Assembly: GCA_051313645.2 (NCBI GenBank)
Contig: JBNRSN020000006.1
Location: 223,262,001-223,326,000, forward strand
Origin: Centroscyllium fabricii
Lineage: Eukaryota
Length of the DNA stretch: 64,000 bases
Reading direction: 5' to 3'
In this document: piece by piece, positions 61,301-64,000 of the stretch
How positions within the stretch are numbered: position 1 is the first letter of the stretch
Layout of the letters: each line of letters opens with the position of its first letter
Notes under the pieces: generated by a model
The model's database searches: none
What the model was told of the DNA's origin: nothing
Seen by the model: only the letters and a program-made list of their open reading frames with translations
Program-made: the position numbers and the translations under genes

Positions 61301-64000
61301 CCCCCCCCCCCGTTGTTTGATAACCTCGCCCACGACTGCAAGCCCATCGCAACAAAAAGCAGGCAGTACAGTGCCGGGGATAAAAGCTTCATTAAAATAG
61401 AAGTAGAGAGACTCCTGCGGGAGGGGATCATCGAGGGCAGTACCAGCCCATGGCGAGCCCAAGTAGTGGTCATGAAGACCGGCGAGAAACAGCACCTGGT
61501 CATTGACGACAGTCAAACAATCAATAGGTATACCCAATTAGACGCATACCCCCTTCCCCGCATATCTGATATGGTCAATCAGATTTCACAGTACTGTACC
61601 GGGTATTCTCTACCATTGACCTGAAGTCGGCATACCACCAACTCCCTATCAGGCCTGAAGACCGCCAGTATACTGCCTTCGAGGCAAACGGCCGCCTCTA
61701 CCACTTCCTCAGAGTCCCCTTCGGCGTCACCAACGGGGTCACAGTCTTCCAAAGGGAGATGGACTGGATGGTTGACCAGAACGCGCTGCAGGCCACTTTT
61801 CCCTACCTGGACAATGTCACCATCTGCGGCCATGACCAGCAGAACCATGACGCCAATCTAGATAAATTCCTCCGAACAACCCAGCGCTTAAAATTGACAT
61901 ACAACAAAGAAAAGTATATGTTTCGCACCACCCGCCTCGCTATCCTTGGCTGTGTGGTGGAAAACGGAGTCATCGGCCCCAACCCCGACCGAATGCGCTC
62001 CCTTCTGGAACTACCCCTGCCTCACTGCCTCAAAGCCCTGAAGTCTGGGGTTTTTCTCTTATTACGCCCAATGGGTGCCCAATTATGTGAACAAAGCCTG
62101 GCCTCTTATCAAGTCAACCTCCTTCCCCCTGGCAGCAGAGGCCCGTGCGGCCTTCACCCGTATAAAAGAGGACATTGCATAGGTTACAATGCACGCCATG
62201 GACGAGTCCATCCCTTTCCAAGTGGAGGGCAATGCGTCTGACTTTGCCCTGGCCGCAACCCTTAACCAGGCGGGGAGACCCGGGGCCTTCTTTTCACGAA
62301 CCCTCCAGGGCCTCGAAATTAGACACTCCTCAGTCGAAAAGGAGGCCCAGGCCATAGTGGAGGCTGTACGGCATTGGAGGCATTACCTGGCCGGTAAACG
62401 CTTCACCCTGCTCACTGACCAACGATCAGTAGCATTTATGCTCAATAACAAGCAGAGGGGCAAAATCAAAAACGACAAGATATTGCAGTAGAGGATCGAA
62501 TTATTCACCTACAATTACAATATCTTATAGCAGCCCGGGAAACTTAACGAGCCCGTGGACGCCCTATCCCGTGGAACATGTGCCAATGCACAGGTCGATA
62601 GGCTACGGGCCCTCCACAACAATCTCTGCCACCCGGGGGTCACCAGGTTTTTCCACTTCATTAAGGCCCGCAACCTGCCGTACTCCATCGAGGAGGTCAG
62701 GACCATGACCAGGAACTGCCAAGTCTGTGCCAAATGCAAACCGCACTTTTATAGCCCAGACAGGGTGCACCTGATAAATGCCACCCGCCCCTTCTTGCGC
62801 CTAAGCGTAGATTTTAAAGGGCCCCTCCCCTCCTCTGACCACAACACATACTTCCTCAACATCATTGCCGAGTACTCCCATTTCCCGTTCGCTATCCCCT
62901 GCCTGGACATGACCAGTGCCACAGTCATCAAATGTCTCAATGACCTCTTCGCCATATTCGGTTTTCCCAGCTACATCCATAGCGACAGGGGCTCGTCGTT
63001 CATGAGCGACGAGCTGCACCAGTACCTGCTCAAAAAAGGGTTAGGCACGAGCAGGACCACCAGCTACAACCCTCGGGGTAACAGACAAGTAGAAAGGGAG
63101 AACGCGACAGTGTGGAAAACCGCCATGCTAGCCTTAAAGTCCAGAGGCCTCCCAACCTCCCGCTGGCAAGAAGTCCTCCCCGATGCGCTTCACTCCATAC
63201 GGTCACTACTCTGTGCTGCCACGAACGCCACCCCTCACGAGAAAATGTTCATCTTCCCCAGGAAATCCACCTCGGGGACATCACTACCGCCATGGCTGAC
63301 GTCTCCAGGGCCCGTCTTGCTCAGGAAGCTCGTGAGGAGCCATAAAACAGACCCCCTGGTCGAAAGGGTCCACCTTCTCCACGCCAACCCACAATATGCA
63401 TACGTGGCGTATCCTGACGGGCAGGAGGACACGGTCTCCATACGAGACCTCGCACCCTCAGGTACCACCGAAAACACCATTACCCACTATCCATTACCAT
63501 TGCCCACTACCATTACCCACGACACACCCCTAGAAGGGAATCCACACCTAACCCAAGTAGACGGCAAACCAGGGCCCTGTGACCCACCCTTATACACCCA
63601 CCGACCCCGCACCCACGAAGACGACAGGAAACGGCCGCGGGAAAAGAACCGCCGCAGCCGGCACCACGACGGTCACTACGGCAGACAAGACCCCCAGAGA
63701 GACTTACCTATACGAACGTCTATGACACTTCACCCCGCCGGACTCATTTTAAACAAGGGGTGAATATGGTAAATCACTAATCAGCCTGTACACAACATGT
63801 CTGGGCATGCCTCAGCTGGTTCCGCCCCTGGCTCCACCCCTAAGCCCAGGTATAAAGGTGATTGACCTCCAGTCCCCCTGGCTTTAAGGATCGGTCTACC
63901 AGCAGAGGCATGCTTGTATTCTTTTGTTAATAAAAGCCTACTTGTTATAAATTTAACTCTTAGTCTTTTGGGAGTTATTGATGGCAGATCAATCTGTTCC
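58370..64000 (-). mobile_element. Gypsy element H (different family), 3' part, interrupted by element G and continuing beyond the window
   Basis: 3' LTR 58370-58565 (TGTAA...TTACA), PPT GGGGTGAGA, and decayed integrase (GTDMFHFGGKDYLFVIDYCSNYPE, SPAELLLGR, RNRRHL). Confidence 0.88.
59634..63991 (+). mobile_element. Gypsy element G (Mag-like), full length, decayed, nested in H
   Basis: LTRs at 59634-59848 and 63765-63991, TSD ATCTG, gag ATG at 59873, multiple frameshifts and stops, RT YLDN. Confidence 0.95.

Overview
Eukaryotic DNA, most likely from a cartilaginous fish (HE1-type V-SINEs, Deu-domain SINEs, CR1/L2/Rex1 LINEs). The window lies inside a minus-strand cadherin-17 (cdh17, LI-cadherin) gene. 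I recovered five in-frame coding exons with canonical GT-AG boundaries: 56017-56118, 54533-54670, 52360-52498, 34723-34878 and 26288-26478. I did not find the signal-peptide exon or the exon after 26288, so both probably lie outside the window. The introns are packed with transposons. Eight Ty3/Gypsy LTR elements cover about 30 kb, together with LINE fragments, SINEs, MITEs and a 29-bp minisatellite of about 2.6 kb. Six of the Gypsy copies (A, C, D, E, F, G; about four families) form a Mag-like lineage with four unusual shared traits. (1) No tRNA primer-binding site: instead a 13-15 nt tract that co-varies to stay complementary to the element's own LTR poly(A)-signal region, suggesting self-priming and/or poly(A) occlusion. 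(2) An RT active site reading YLDN instead of YxDD. (3) A hairpin that pairs with the polypurine tract. (4) Clustered YY1-like CCATnTT motifs in the gag-protease linker. All family assignments come from recognised motifs, not database searches.
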